Of a stretch of 64,000 nucleotides of DNA, positions 26,002 to 39,231 are shown in pieces. How positions within the stretch are numbered: the first letter of the stretch is position 1; every line of letters starts with the position of its first letter. Position numbers and translations under genes: made by a program. Location of the stretch: positions 1,242,001 through 1,306,000 of the forward strand of contig OZ249436.1 of assembly GCA_965235115.1 (NCBI GenBank), in the 5' to 3' direction. Source of the DNA: Laetmonice hystrix (taxonomy: Eukaryota). The notes under the pieces were generated by a model that saw only the letters and a list, made by a program, of their open reading frames with translations, searched no databases and was not told the DNA's origin.

Positions 26002-27147
26002 TAGCTGATGTTTGCGGACATATCTCCTATCGGACATAACTAGCCGTTCGGACGTATCTAGCTGATGTTTGCGGACATATCTCCTATCGGACATAACTAG
26101 CCGTTCGGACATATGTAGCTGATGTTTGCGGACATATCTCCTATCGGACATAACTAGCCGTTCGGACATATCTAGCTGATGTTTGCGGACATATCTCCTA
26201 CCGGACATCACTAGCCGTTCGGACATATGTAGCTGATGTTTGCGGACATATCTCCTATCGGACATAACTAGCCGTTCGGACATATCTAGCTGATGTTTGC
26301 GGACATATCTCCTACCGGACATCACTAGCCGTTCGGACATATCTAGCTGATGTTTGCGGACATATCTCCTATCGGACATAACTAGCCGTTCGGACATATC
26401 TAGCTGATGTTTGCGGACATATCTCCTACCGGACATAACTAGCCGTTCGGACGTATCTAGCTGATGTTTGCGGACATATCTCCTATCGGACATAACTAGC
26501 CGTTCGGACATATCTAGCTGATGTTTGCGGACATATCTCCTATCGGACATAACTAGCCGTTCGGACATATCTAGCTGATGTTTGCGGACATATCTCCTAT
26601 CGGACATAACTAGCCGTTCGGACGTATCTAGCTGATGTTTGCGGACATATCTCCTATCGGACATAACTAGCCGTTCGGACATATCTAGCTGATGTTTGCG
26701 GACATATCTCCTATCGGACATAACTAGCCGTTCGGACGTATCTAGCTGATGTTTGCGGACATATCTCCTATCGGACATAACTAGCCGTTCGGACGTATCT
26801 AGCTGATGTTTGCGGACATATCTCCTATCGGACATAACTAGCCGTTCGGACATATCTAGCTGATGTTTGCGGACATATCTCCTATCGGACATAACTAGCC
26901 GTTCGGACGTATCTAGCTGATGTTTGCGGACATATCTCCTATCGGACATAACTAGCCGTTCGGACGTATCTAGCTGATGTTTGCGGACATATCTCCTATC
27001 GGACATAACTAGCCGTTCGGACGTATCTAGCTGATGTTTGCGGACATATCTCCTATCGGACATAACTAGCCGTTCGGACATATCTAGCTGATGTTTGCGG
27101 ACATATCTCCTATCGGACATAACTAGCCGTTCGGACGTATCTAGCCG
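26002..27147. repeat. Tandem array, 57-bp unit, ~20 copies (inside the foldback element)
   Basis: TAGCTGATGTTTGCGGACATATCTCCTATCGGACATAACTAGCCGTTCGGAC(A/G)TATC; source of the 415-aa repeat ORF. Confidence 0.97.
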
Positions 27148-27335
27148 GAACAAGTGCTGACTGCTGGAGCCCCGTGTACATCTCATGTTTGTCTTCCGTC
27201 CACGCACTCGTCTTCCCGATTCCGTTTGTCACCACACCGGCTGTCTGATGTCACCCGCCGTTTTAGAAGTAATGCGGTGGGCGGGGGCGGGAGCGGGTCA
27301 ATGACCGGGAGAGGGCGACCGAAAACATGAAGGAA

Positions 27336-27915
27336 ACTATGAAGACCATTAGGTGACGTATACCGCCACTCGCCCCGCTACTCGCCCCGCCACTCGCCCC
27401 GCTCCTCGCCACTCGCCCCGCTCCTCGCCCCGCTTCTCGCCCCGCCACTCGCCCCGCCACTCGCCCCGCCACTCGCCCCGCCACTCGCCCCGCTACTCGC
27501 CCCGCTACTCGCCCCGCTACTCGCCCCGCTCCTCGCCCCGCTCCTCGCCCCGCCACTCGCCCCGATCCTCGCCCCGCTCCTCGCCCCGCCACTCGCCCCG
27601 CCACTCGCCCCGCTACTCGCCCCGCTACTCGCCACTTGGCCCGCTACTCGCCCCGCTCCTGCCACTCGCCCCGCCACTCGCCCCGCTAACGCTAACACTA
27701 ACCCTAACCGGCGGGTAGCGGGGCGAGTAGCGGGGTGAGTGGCGAGTAGCGGGGCGAGTGGCGGGGCGAGTGGCGGGGCGAGTGGCGGGGCGAGTGGCGG
27801 GGCGAGTGGCGGGGCGAGTGGTGAGTGGCGAGTAGCGGGGCGAGTGGCGAGTAGCGGGGCGAGTGGCGAGTAGCGGGGCGAGTGGCGGGTGATGTCACCT
27901 TATGGTCTTCATAGT
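27336..27915. mobile_element. Foldback MITE with inverted 12-bp arrays (CTCGCCCCGCCA)n and a telomere-like core
   Basis: Left ACTATGAAGACCATTAGGTGAC..CCGCCACTCGCCCCGC; right GCGGGGCGAGTGGCGG..GTCACCTTATGGTCTTCATAGT; centre GCTAACGCTAACACTAACCCTAACC. Flanks AGGAA/ATGAA could be a decayed 5-bp TSD. Confidence 0.8.
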
Positions 27916-29056
27916 ATGAAAACGGCCCGGACGCCAAAGACAGTAAGTAGGTCAGAGTCATGGGCAGATGTCTTCTTTGCTTAAGTGTAAACAAAAGAAC
28001 GCGTTGCCTTGACAATGAAAAAAGGCTGCTAAAGAAAAATATGTGCAGACAATTAAATAAATCATTTCAATGAATGACGCCATAGGCCTATATTGAGGAA
28101 TAGTTACCGATGGCACTTGCTTTCCTTCGCTCCACGCAGCCCCGCCAGTTTGCCATGGCGGTGGTTTGTAAACTCCACGGACCGTGCTCGGGCGACTTAA
28201 CTTGTAATTTTCTTACATTTGTTGCCATTATTTGATTGCCATATTTAATATCATGTTGCTAAGGATGAAACATTTTGGGGTAATTGACGGAGTCCCTTTA
28301 AGCAGCGCGTCGCAATATATCTGCCGACTTACGGACTGCTCCCCAGTCCACCTTTCTGGGCAACATGGCGGCTACAAACATCCGAGGCCAGTTCTCACTT
28401 GACGGAAATGGCCGAGGAGTTCTGAATGCTGTCCACGTTCTCGTCCGGCACCTCTGGTAGTACTCGTGAACCCGGCCCACCCCGGCCTAACTTATCTCGG
28501 CTCACTCGGCTGACTGCAATGGTTTCCCATGGCCTTCACGTCGCGTACCCTCTGGACATTGCTTCTTTAATAATATGTTGTCATGTCCTAATCAGCCGCC
28601 TGAGAGCTTTAGATCGCCGAAACCTTATACATGCATGTTTTTCAATGAGCTCCCCCCCCCGTACGTTGATTAGATCTACGCCTCGGCAAGGAACAACCAG
28701 TGTCAAGAGCATTAGACGTAACCGGACCGTGCAGCATGTACAGCCTTACAAACCTCAAAGAGGCTTTGAAATGTGAAACGGTTTACGACCACAGGCCAAT
28801 GGGTGAAGTCACTCTGGTCCCAAAGTGGATTTAGTTAAGGCGCCTCATCTGTACGAAAACATTGTTTTCTACCTCATTACACTTGCAGAATATGGTTGCT
28901 TTAAAGTAAACGCCGATGAGGTCTGGATGTGCAGGTAATTCTCTCCTTGGGGCAGTTCTTTCGATGATCAAGGCCTTCTACCTTCTGTAAGGATTCCCTA
29001 CTCACACTTCGTCTCACCCCCAGTGTCATCCAAATGGCAGATTACCACTAGCAGAT

Positions 29057-29387
29057 GGGGGGAGGGGGTTAGAACCGCCCTTGGCAACCAAGTTTTTCTT
29101 TTTTTCTGAATTGATGCTGAACCCCCTTCCCTCCTTAGTAAATTCGTTCCCTAAACCCCCTCCCCCTTTACCAAAATCCTGCCAGGGGCGGGTTGCACTA
29201 ACGGTCCTACGGGTTAGGACTGAATTTAGGACCAGTCCTACTGAGGGTCATGCCCCCCAGGCACTTCATATCTATCTGCGTTTCAATAGCCCAAGTTGAG
29301 ATATAAAAGTTGACGAATTATATTTAAATTATGGATATTGGCCCCTGCTGAATGTAGGACTGGTCCTAAATTCAGGATCCGCCCCTG
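29057..29387. mobile_element. Nested MITE fragments (CAGGGGCGGATCC-type end plus Harbinger-like insert)
   Basis: 21-bp inverted repeat TGAATTTAGGACCAGTCCTAC (29221) / GTAGGACTGGTCCTAAATTCA (29354); CAGGGGCGG...CCGCCCCTG bracket. Boundaries uncertain. Confidence 0.45.
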
Positions 29388-31920
29388 ATTACTATTCCCA
29401 ATATAATAACAGTTCCTTTTTTGTGCTGTTGATTGTGCAAGCCACCATATTAGAACAGGCACAGCTTACCGATGGTGTCGGTGGAATGGGATTATACCTT
29501 GATATCACGACCTGCAAGACTTGGAGATCCAGTTATCACGACCTACAAGACTTGGAGATCCAGTTGACCGAGTTTCTGTTTATCGTCCTACTCCTACTAC
29601 ACCTCAATGGTGTGTCTGTGTTGTCATTCCGGGCACGTGTCTTCATGCCGGGTCGCAAATCTTATTTCACATACATGGGGGGGGGGGGGGGGGGGGGCTG
29701 GACTTGGAAAGAACCCGTGAGAAGAAGATAGGAAGATTTTATAAGATAAATGATAGTTTGGTCTAGATTTTATTGTTTCTTAGTAGCTGCTCGTATTTTC
29801 TTGGCGTAGCTGGTGTTTATTTATGATGCCTCAAGACAGCTGGCTCACTGACAGACAGATTACCCAGACATGTAGAATGCAATATGTGGACCATCTGTAT
29901 GTAGGGAGTTGTCTATAATAGAGATCCCCCCCCCCCCCCCCCGAGTACCAAAGAACTAGGGCTCCGCCTTTTGCCGAATGCACGTCATGCATCAAGATTG
30001 CCGAGTTAGGTTGAGCAGGTTTGACAGTGGAGTGCTGCATGACTCTCAGCGTCCCATATTAAACCAGAGATGATGATGGAAACGTGGCCGTCCCCAGTAA
30101 CGAACCTGCCAGCATATCGATCGCTAAAACGGTCTTGAAATGATAGAACATGTAGGTCATTATAATATAAAGATATATAACACTGTATGTAGGTCATTGT
30201 TAGCAGGATCTAAGCCATAATAACAAAAACGTCTGCATGGGCCAACTATCTCGGCCTAGTTACACCGCGGACCATAAACTGTTCAAAATTAAAGTGTGTT
30301 TTACAACACATTCAGTTTACTGGCTGCTCTGCCCGTCTCTACAGGAAAGATTGGGTTACAAGCGAATTCGTGTTCCGTTATAGAGCTGTGTACAAGTAGC
30401 AGCCATAAACTTGATTTCGATGGATCTGTCCGTACAATGCGCAGGGAAATGTTAAAACGATTGTGGAATGGACTTCCCTGGTTTCGTTCAATAGCTTTGA
30501 ACAGATACTTAAGGGTGGTAGTATAGAAACGTCAGTTAGCCGTGGTCGTTCTTCCCGTTATCTGCTGCTCATTGTTACACCCACTGAAGTTGGAATTATC
30601 TTCTCATTTGGTGACACGTCTTAGCCAGACACCTCATGGGCCGGGAGACGGCAAGGGCCATCAGGAACCTTCTGTCTCTCCTGACAACAGAATCATTCCT
30701 ACTGTGTGTGGAGTGTGCGATCAATATTGCTCGACCAACGTCGCCAGTCTGAAATCCGCCAGGTGTAAACGTTAACTGAATGTCCATGTTCGCTGCCAGA
30801 TAACACAAAAGCCGATCCGTGCGCCATAAATAGAGAACTCGACCTTGACCTAGGCGGCTAACCTGTAAAGCCGGGTTTCCATGGGTCCGTTTCCGTTATC
30901 CATTTCTGATTCGATCATTTATGCCTACTTCTTTTGAGGGTATTTCCATGTGTACGGTACGTTTCGTAGCTTAACGCCCTAAGCAAAGCGCGTGTGAAAT
31001 GAGGTCATTCCAAACCTCGCTTTCATCCTGAACTAAATATTAACTTCCGGTATAGGACTGTTAATGTTATAAAAACTCAACCATTTTCCTGGACCAACAC
31101 TCACCCTATTGGCCGCCTCTTACCATTACCCTATAGTACCCATAGAAAGTGTAGGTATACGTGAGTAATCCGCGGATTCCCTTAGATGTATGTTATCACT
31201 ACGGCTGTGTCCACAGCTGACCAATCAGTCAGCCTGGCGCAGCCAATAGATGGTTTACACCAGATAGATTTATTACAATACTTGTGTCCAGTCTTTCGTT
31301 CAACTCGAGTCGGTCATCCTATACATGTATATTGATCTATTTACCCATGTGTACACGATTACAGATCAATATTTTTGTCTACCGAACGTCCTGAGGTATA
31401 CGCTTTGCAAGACGACACCGCCTTTACTTAAAACGCCGGAAGTGATTTGTAAGTTCCGAGAGACTTGTAGGCGTTCTCGAGACCTGGGCATTAAATCACG
31501 TGAGCGTTCTAGTTAAATTGGGCGGACCAGTCAGAGCAGAAGTTCAGCCTCGTAATTTTCCAAGTCTTTTTCTTTTCTCAGGACGATCAAGCCAATCTAG
31601 TATCATGGCCGAGTTACGTTATTACAAATTTTTTCCACTTGGTATCCTGTTCGGCTAGCTAAAGCTGGCGAAACTTCCCTGATGCCGACTTCCATACTGG
31701 TCGCCATACATTTGTTTTGCAACAGTGCGTTCTTTTGATCCTAGCCCAAGGCCCAGCAAAAATCTCTATATCGGACCCGCCAATCTCGGTTAGTTCTCCC
31801 CTAAGGAGGTAAGAACTGAGTGCGAGATTTCTACATCCGGTACATCTACGTACACCCTGAATGTTGGTATGACAACCATGCATTCAACATCGTAGTTATT
31901 GAATGGAAGACCCCTGCCTG

Positions 31921-32007
31921 GGGTCAGTTGCATGTCTGTCCGTTCGTTAATTTCCCCATGTATTTTCAAAGAGAATTTTAACGAACGGACCGTCATGCAA
32001 CTGGCCC
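31921..32007. mobile_element. 87-bp Harbinger-type MITE with CTG target duplication
   Basis: 30-bp TIR GGGTCAGTTGCATGTCTGTCCGTTCGTTAA vs GGGCCAGTTGCATGACGGTCCGTTCGTTAA (27/30); CTG on both flanks. Confidence 0.8.
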
Positions 32008-33450
32008 CTGCCAACACTGTCTGCTTGCATTCTCTCCGTATCCAAGGCTGGCTCTTGATTTTTGCCAAATATTGGCATAATTATTTCATTAAAGCAATGG
32101 CCGGGCAAGAGTGAGTGATAATTTTTGGAGAATTGCAGTACACCATGGTTGTCACCGAAAGTACATGAAGCAAGTGAAATCAGGATTGATGGCCAATACA
32201 AAGTATAATAGGCCTTTTGCTGGTAGTTTACGAAGTCTCGCGGCACGATTATGGGTTTTCTGGATAGGAGGTACAAATGGAGCGTCAAAAGCGGTGCGCT
32301 ATTGACAAACAATTGTTACCTCAAAAATTTCCCCACTGGTTTAACATACGATGAAGCGGCATAGTTCCAAAGATCGGCCTAGTGTTTAAGAATTTTGACT
32401 TTTATTATTTATTCAAGCGTAAGACAGTTTGACAAAAATATCTGGGAAAGCTCATTACTAAGAGCAGCATAATTACAGAGAAATCGCAAGTTGAAGTTGA
32501 CAGTCGCCGTTCCCTATGGCCGGCGCAAGGCTAAACAAGCTTGAGCGATAATGAAGTGTCACCAAAACCCACCTTTATGGTTTCAAGAAATTAGGCCCCA
32601 TGCTTATCTTTACGTACGCTGAAGGACTGATATAATTAAGTTCCATCGATGTGTCTGTATTGTGTATTAGATATGTTAATTAGTAGCTGGTAATTAGTCT
32701 CCTAACCAAGCTCTTGGACATGCCTTCACCAGAGCTGACAGTTCAGTGCCTCAATAATCTGAAATGTGCCTGGTCATTTCATGTTTGCAAAATACATTAC
32801 CATAATAGTAGGCCCTGCGTCTGCTATGAGTCTATGTTACATTTGCGGTTTCTGGATTCTGAAAAAGGTTGTTTTGTAGCTTTGAATTATAAATATAACT
32901 GCCATATCGTATTCTCCCACGTCCGTATGGCAGAAATGATGTTTTGTATGAGTTTCACATCTGGGAAGACACACCGTAATCTTATCAAGGCGACGACAAC
33001 TAGGACAAAGAATGATTTCAAAATGGTATAGGGGCCAATAAAAAAATTGTATTTGAAATCAAATGTGTACAGCGTTTAAGATCTGGCTGTATGGGCATTG
33101 CGTGATATCCTTTTTCTGTGAAGTTTGAAACGTGCTCGGAGCTGTGCTGTATTTGGCCTTTCATCTCATTGTTCATCTCCTTGCTATGGCCCATCTTTCG
33201 TATAGGAAGTAAAACGCTCGGGAGAAAAATGAGCAATCGTTTCTGGTGCTGGTACATTCCACATTAATTTCTGACACGATTCCCGTACAGCTGGCTGACA
33301 GGGGTAGTGGTCACGTGCAAATCCGTTCCAAGTTATGATTCGATTTTGCACTAATCACTGCCCGTGTAGGCAGCAAATATCATCAGGGCAGTGTGGGTTG
33401 TACAGAAACATCGCCACTCACGACCCAATCTATCCCTATCTGGGTTACAC

Positions 33451-34105
33451 TAGCCTCTAACATAGGCCGTGTGTATACACGGCCTATCCTCTAGCGAACG
33501 GGCTACGAGACCAAACGTTCTAGCGCAAAATGAATGTGCTAGCGCACCTCTTCCATCACTTCAAATAAAAGATTGCCTTTACCTTCAGCTACTGAGCCCA
33601 ATGAACTTACTTGGTGTTCCTCTAAGCAACAGATTCGGCCCATTTTCCAAACCAAGCGACCACTTTCCATAGTCTTACAACCGGCGCCATTTCTGTAAAC
33701 CCACATCCGGGGTCAAGCTCACGAAGGGAGCAGTCATTTCAGACGTTGGCTATCATAGTTTGGCGCCATAATGGAGGAATTGCTGTTTGGTCTAGAATAA
33801 TGAATGCTCCCCTGCTGGGCGCCAGTGTGCATGTTTTGAACATGCGCAGTAGAACAAACAGTATGGCGGCTAACGGCAGTGAACCAGCGCGATTCGAAAT
33901 TTCGAAAGTCTGATTTATTAAAACTTTGGGCAAAAATCCTCGGAAAAAAGTGTGCAGCAGAGGAACAGAAGATGGGCTGCGTTAGAATTGACACCTCAAC
34001 TGGCAGTAGTTACGATGGATTTTGCACAGCGAGTGATTGACATAGGAGGTAGGGTTTTTCGCGTTAACGCTGTCCGTCCCTACACTGGGGACGATACTCC
34101 GTCTA
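33451..34105. mobile_element. 655-bp insertion with TAG...CTA termini and 8-bp TSD (GGTTACAC)
   Basis: GGTTACAC at 33443-33450 and 34106-34113; removal restores a monomer of the adjacent 96-bp array. An 11-bp-arm hairpin lies near the left end. No extended TIR and no recognisable protein. Confidence 0.8.
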
Positions 34106-34996
34106 GGTTACACAGGAAGGGGCTGGCGGGGGTCAAGGTCATCAGGGCAGTGTGGGTCGTACAGAAACATCGCCACTCACGACCCAATCTATCCCTATCT
34201 GGGTGACACAGGGAGGGGCTGGCGGGGGTCAAGGTCATCAGGGCAGTGTGGGTCGTACAGAAACATCGCCACTCACGACCCAATCTATCCCTATCTGGGT
34301 GACACAGGGAGGGGCTGGCGGGGGTCAAGGTCATCAGGGCAGTGTGGGTCGTACAGAAACATCGCCACTCACGACCCAATCTATCCCTATCTGGGTGACA
34401 CAGGGAGGGGCTGGCGGGGGTCAAGGTCATCAGGGCAGTGTGGGTCGTACAGAAACATCGCCACTCACGACCCAATCTATCCCTATCTGGGTGACACAGG
34501 AAGGAGCTGGCGGGGGTCAAGGTCATCAGGGCAGTGTGGGTCGTACAGAAACATCGCCACTCACGACCCAATCTATCCCTATCTGGGTGACACAGGAAGG
34601 GGCTGGCGGGGGTCAAGGTCATCAGGGCAGTGTGGGTCGTACAGAAACATCGCCACTCACGACCCAATCTATCCCTATCTGGGTGACACAGGAAGGGGCT
34701 GGCGGGGGTCAAGGTCATCAGGGCAGTGTGGGTCGTACAGAAACATCGCCACTCACGACCCAATCTATCCCTATCTGGGTGACACAGGGAGGGGCTGGCG
34801 GGGGTCAAGGTCATCAGGGCAGTGTGGGTCGTACAGAAACATCGCCACTCACGACCCAATCTATCCCTATCTGGGTGACACAGGAAGGGGCTGGCGGGGG
34901 TCAAGGTCATCAGGGCAGTGTGGGTCGTACAGAAACATCGCCACTCACGACCCAATCTATCCCTATCTGGGTGACACAGGGAGGAGCTGGCGGGGG
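34106..34996. repeat. Tandem array, 96-bp unit, ~9 copies; first monomer begins at ~33381, before the insertion
   Basis: Directly visible; long ORFs on both strands are artefacts. Confidence 0.97.
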
Positions 34997-35701
34997 ATGG
35001 TTGTAGAGCACTCAAAAGATGTCTTTGAAATATTAATAGGACCACTGCTCTAGTTGCTTTGGTTGTGTGGGCGTGAATGGGTCTGAACTCGACGTAAAGA
35101 TAATGAGAATAGCGTGAGAACGGAACCTGCCACCGACAAGTAATTCCCTGCTTGTATAATTAAAAAAAATCAGGGGGGTCCACGAACCGTTCCCGTCCAT
35201 GCTTCCGGAGGGGATGAAGCCTGCAGCTACACAAGGAAATCGACAAGACCCCAATGGCGCACGCCTTGAACAGCCAGACCTGGACCATTGTTAATCCTCG
35301 TCTTGTGATAAAAAAGATTGGTCCGTTGGGACTGGTGCCTTTCTCGAGGTGTCGGAAATAGGCGGAAGTGCCGGAAGATGGTCCTCCTGATACCTGCACG
35401 ACATCCACCTTTTACGACATAACGACCGTTGTTTGTCAGACGGGTAGGACCAATCGCCCTGCAGGTTCTGATAGACTGAACAATCTTCAGAGTGAAAACG
35501 TGATGAAATGTAAAATATGAAAGAGTTCAATCTAGACAAATGTTGTTGGTAGTAGTGGACCGTCTTATTAAAGATTGATCCAATTTAATAATATGTTATA
35601 ACTCCAACAGATGCAATCGTTTGTTACTAATTGTGAATGTATGACTACTGGATGAGCGTCCCCACTGATGACTGCAAGATGCTAAAAGTAATACAAGCCG
35701 C

Positions 35702-35781
35702 ACCCCACCCCACCCCCACCCCCACCCCACCCCCACCCCCACCCCCACCCCCACCCCCACCCCCACCCCCACATCCACCCA
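35702..35781. repeat. (CCCCCA/CCCCA)n simple repeat
   Basis: Directly visible. Confidence 0.9.
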
Positions 35782-38700
35782 CATATGGCCTTTTTAAAGC
35801 AGCTATAAGCAGTTCTAACAGGATGAACAGGAAGACAACTGATTAGTACCTAATCATTTATTCAATCTAAACGTTCTGCTATTAACAAACAGTGACCTCA
35901 GGTAGCACAGATAATTACCAGGCCTACTGTTCACTGGTTACTTATACTGACCGGTTGGAAGGCCCATAATCCCACCCAGCAATCCGTCATCATTACAAGC
36001 CCAGGACCGTCACCTCCACCCAGCCGCTAATAAGACCCCAAGACAAGCTTCCCGGAACCCTAACTCTGTGTTCTTTTGTTCTCAGGGGACTTATAAGGTC
36101 AAACTGTGTTGGTTTAATAATGAAATCAGAGTAGTAGAGAACAGTGTAGTGTTTAGTAATTGAAAACTCCGTCAAGAACCAAGTTCATGATCGCATGTAT
36201 TATCGCCCCCTGGCGGTTTGCCTATACCGCGTCCGTCTGTTCCTTCCGGTTCCTGTCGCTCCTCCCGCAACCCTCCATTCCGGCCATTAGAATGGTTACA
36301 ACGACAACAATGATGATGATAGTGCTTAGGCTGAAGCTACGGGGAGTCTGTTATTCAAACCATATATCTTGATTTCACGCAAACACATTTGATAGCTCTC
36401 ATCACGATAGCTTCCAGTGGGGCACCCGTTTATTAAATTTGTTGTGGGGCACGGATACGGAACAAACTTCCCGGCAGTGTTCTTTGCCTAATTGAGACAG
36501 AGTGTCACCATGGAGTTCATTACCGGACGCTTCCACGTTCTATAATAAAAAAAAGCGTCGTCCCGGGATCGCGTTTAAAGCGAGGCTAGCTGGTGCTGCA
36601 ATATCTGTCATCAGCTGTCCTCGCGTGGCAGACTTCTTGCAGCGATAGTTTTAGTATCAAAGGGCATTGGACTCGGGGTTAGAGTTACCAAATAACACAT
36701 TCTACTTTTCGCTTCATGATCTCCAAGCGCCAGCACGTTTAGCACGCCTTTGGCGCCAGCAGGCCATACGTAGGTGTGGCGTGGTGGGGTGGGGTGGCGT
36801 GGTGGGGTGGGGTGGGATGTGGCTGTCAGGTGACAAATGACACCCACCTCGGCGAGTATTCCCTGTGATGCTATCACAGCTAGTGTCCCAATAGGAATAG
36901 GACACCCGGCGGGCCCGATCAAAGTGGAATCTCTTATAACTGCCCGATTCAATAGGATAGCGTTTTACCCGAGCATCGACATAATAAAACGGCGCATCCC
37001 TGATAAAATATTGGCCAGAATATGGGAGCCCCGCCTCCAGTCACCGGAAGTATTGCGGGAGAGTAGGTGTCTTTGATGTTCCCGCTGGGTCACGCACTTC
37101 ACTGGAGCCGAAAAGTCAGACGTTTTGAGAGTCTTTCATTTGTTTTTCACTCCGTGTCATATTATAATGGGCACCTTATCATTCACAATATTTGTTGTAC
37201 GAATAAAAAGACGATATTAAAATAACTTAACAAGGGCGAGGTAGGTAAATTCTGTCCTGCAGAGACAGGCGGAGGCGCTACAATAGAAAATATCCCTAAG
37301 CACAAACGTAGCACGTATTTGATGGTTTGCAATCCATTTCTCGTGTAAAAATAGCAAACCATGGGACTATTATAGATTCTTCGCGGTTCAAAGAGAGGAA
37401 AAAGGACCCCTGTTTCCTGAGGTAATTTGTCCTGCTTTGCGGGCCTTGCCACCTTGTACATATGAAGTGGTAATCTACAAAGATCAAAGCAGACCAGAAG
37501 GTAATGCCGAGTCTTGGAGAGGCATTTCTTCCTCTTTACAAACATGTCGGTCAACCATATTGGGAACCATGTACGGACCCGACGAGATTATGAACCGTCA
37601 GCGAACATATCTTACGTGAAACTTGCTTGAGGTTAACGGACGAGTATAGAGCTGCTCGCAGGCGGATCGAATGTCGTTGATACTGCGCAGCTTTGCCATA
37701 GCGACGTGACGCCACAATTACCGGTATAGGCGCGAGTCAATAGGCCTAAATTATTTGAATATTATGCTGTTTCAAATCCACGAAGCGAACATTTTGGGTG
37801 TAACAATCATTATTTACCGAGGCTCGTCCACTGATGTTCCGGAGAAGAATAGCTTCCCATACATTTATCATGATTAGCCATTTTAAGTAGAACTGAAGGA
37901 GAAGGATATGCTATAACAGGCCAGCTGGACGCACGGAAACACAGGAACCCGCCGGGGTGCGCTACACAAGCGCTAAGATCGATCCTTTTCAAGCGATATG
38001 CCCTTGATAAGAAAAATAGAGGGCAAACCGTTTTACAAGTTCTTACGATAATGACAGAGGGAGTTTTCCTCTAGATTAAATCCTTTCCTATGATATCGGG
38101 AAGATGAGCCCTACATTTTGGGCCTTCATCGCCTCACTAAAAGTATTGCCTTCCAGTAATTTCTAGCCACATCTTCTTTTGTTATGCTTTGTGTCCCAAG
38201 GAACTTTATGAAGTCAAAACTCGGAGAGGAGGATGGTATTGTAGGTTACATTTTATTTATATTGTAACCCGTCGATCCCATATAAGTTAACGAACATATC
38301 TATACAAAAATAACCCCCTTCAATCCCTTATGAAGGGACTATACAATGACGTTTAATAATGAATTACATCACATGATAACACACTACTCCTTCATAAGTC
38401 GTTATATTGTTATGTGAAAACTCATAGGAATCTGATATAGCTGGTTAGCCGTATGAGGTCGAGACAACATGGGCCACAAAGAAACTAGGAATGCCCTCCC
38501 AAATCAACCCAATTCCGTACAAAAACCAAAACGGGCAGCCACGCTGACCCCGAGTCCCTTGATAGTAATCCCCAATCAAGTACTGTACACTGTGACCACG
38601 GTGACAGGGCGCAGTGCACCACATACACGTGTAGTTGTTATAGCAATACAAGGTAGTATTCAGGAAACAGGCGTTTGTAAGATTAATAAGCAGATATATG

Positions 38701-39090
38701 CTTGGATATCCTTAAGGAACGTTGATTAACGATACCAGCATATACAGCGTAATTAGCGAATTATCCTTATTATCACCGTTCCTAGTCTGGTATCACTGAT
38801 AAGGAACGATATAGGATTTTTTGGTACAACGCACCCCCGGCCGAGTGGTTCTTCTCCATTCTCTCTCTGTTTTTCCGACAAATTCACAAAATTTAATTAA
38901 GGTGTTACGATATAATAGACGTCCACATCATGAAATCACTTTAGTTATTATTCAACTACTTGGTGTATATATAGACAGGGTAGTCAAAATAAAAACGGAA
39001 TTACAAATTGATATCCCGACATCCTATAAATGTGATATGCCAGCTTGCAGCTGATGGATTCTAGTTGGTATGTCCTTCTTTAAAAAACAG

Positions 39091-39231
39091 ATCAAATCAA
39101 ACATCTCATCATATTCAGACCTGCAATTGAAATCAAACATCTCATCATATTCAGACCTGCAATTCAAATCAAACATCTCATCATATTCAGACCTGCAATT
39201 CAAATCAAACATCTCATATTCAGACCTGCAT
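39091..39231. repeat. 36-bp unit x4
   Basis: AAATCAAACATCTCATCATATTCAGACCTGCAATTC repeated. Confidence 0.92.

Larger units (their letters stand above)
25357..27152. mobile_element. Foldback/palindromic non-autonomous element with TGT...ACA ends; right arm expanded into a 57-bp array
   Basis: Left end TGTTCCGGCTAGATATGTCCGAACGGCTAGTTATGTCCGA matches the reverse complement of the right end (39/40). Central perfect 17-bp hairpin 25930-25967; 41-bp internal repeats on the left arm. TSD ambiguous (GATGC / AGTGC). Confidence 0.8.

Noticed and set aside
34106..34996. Hammerhead ribozyme in the 96-bp repeat (CTGATGA on the minus strand)
   Set aside because: No GAAA core or stem II on the same strand; other CTGATGA sites examined also lack a complete core.
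22776..35045. Long ORFs of 200-415 aa (22776-24510, 25960-27207, 34080-35045) as proteins
   Set aside because: They are translations of tandem units whose lengths are multiples of 3, often open in several frames or strands, with no domain content.
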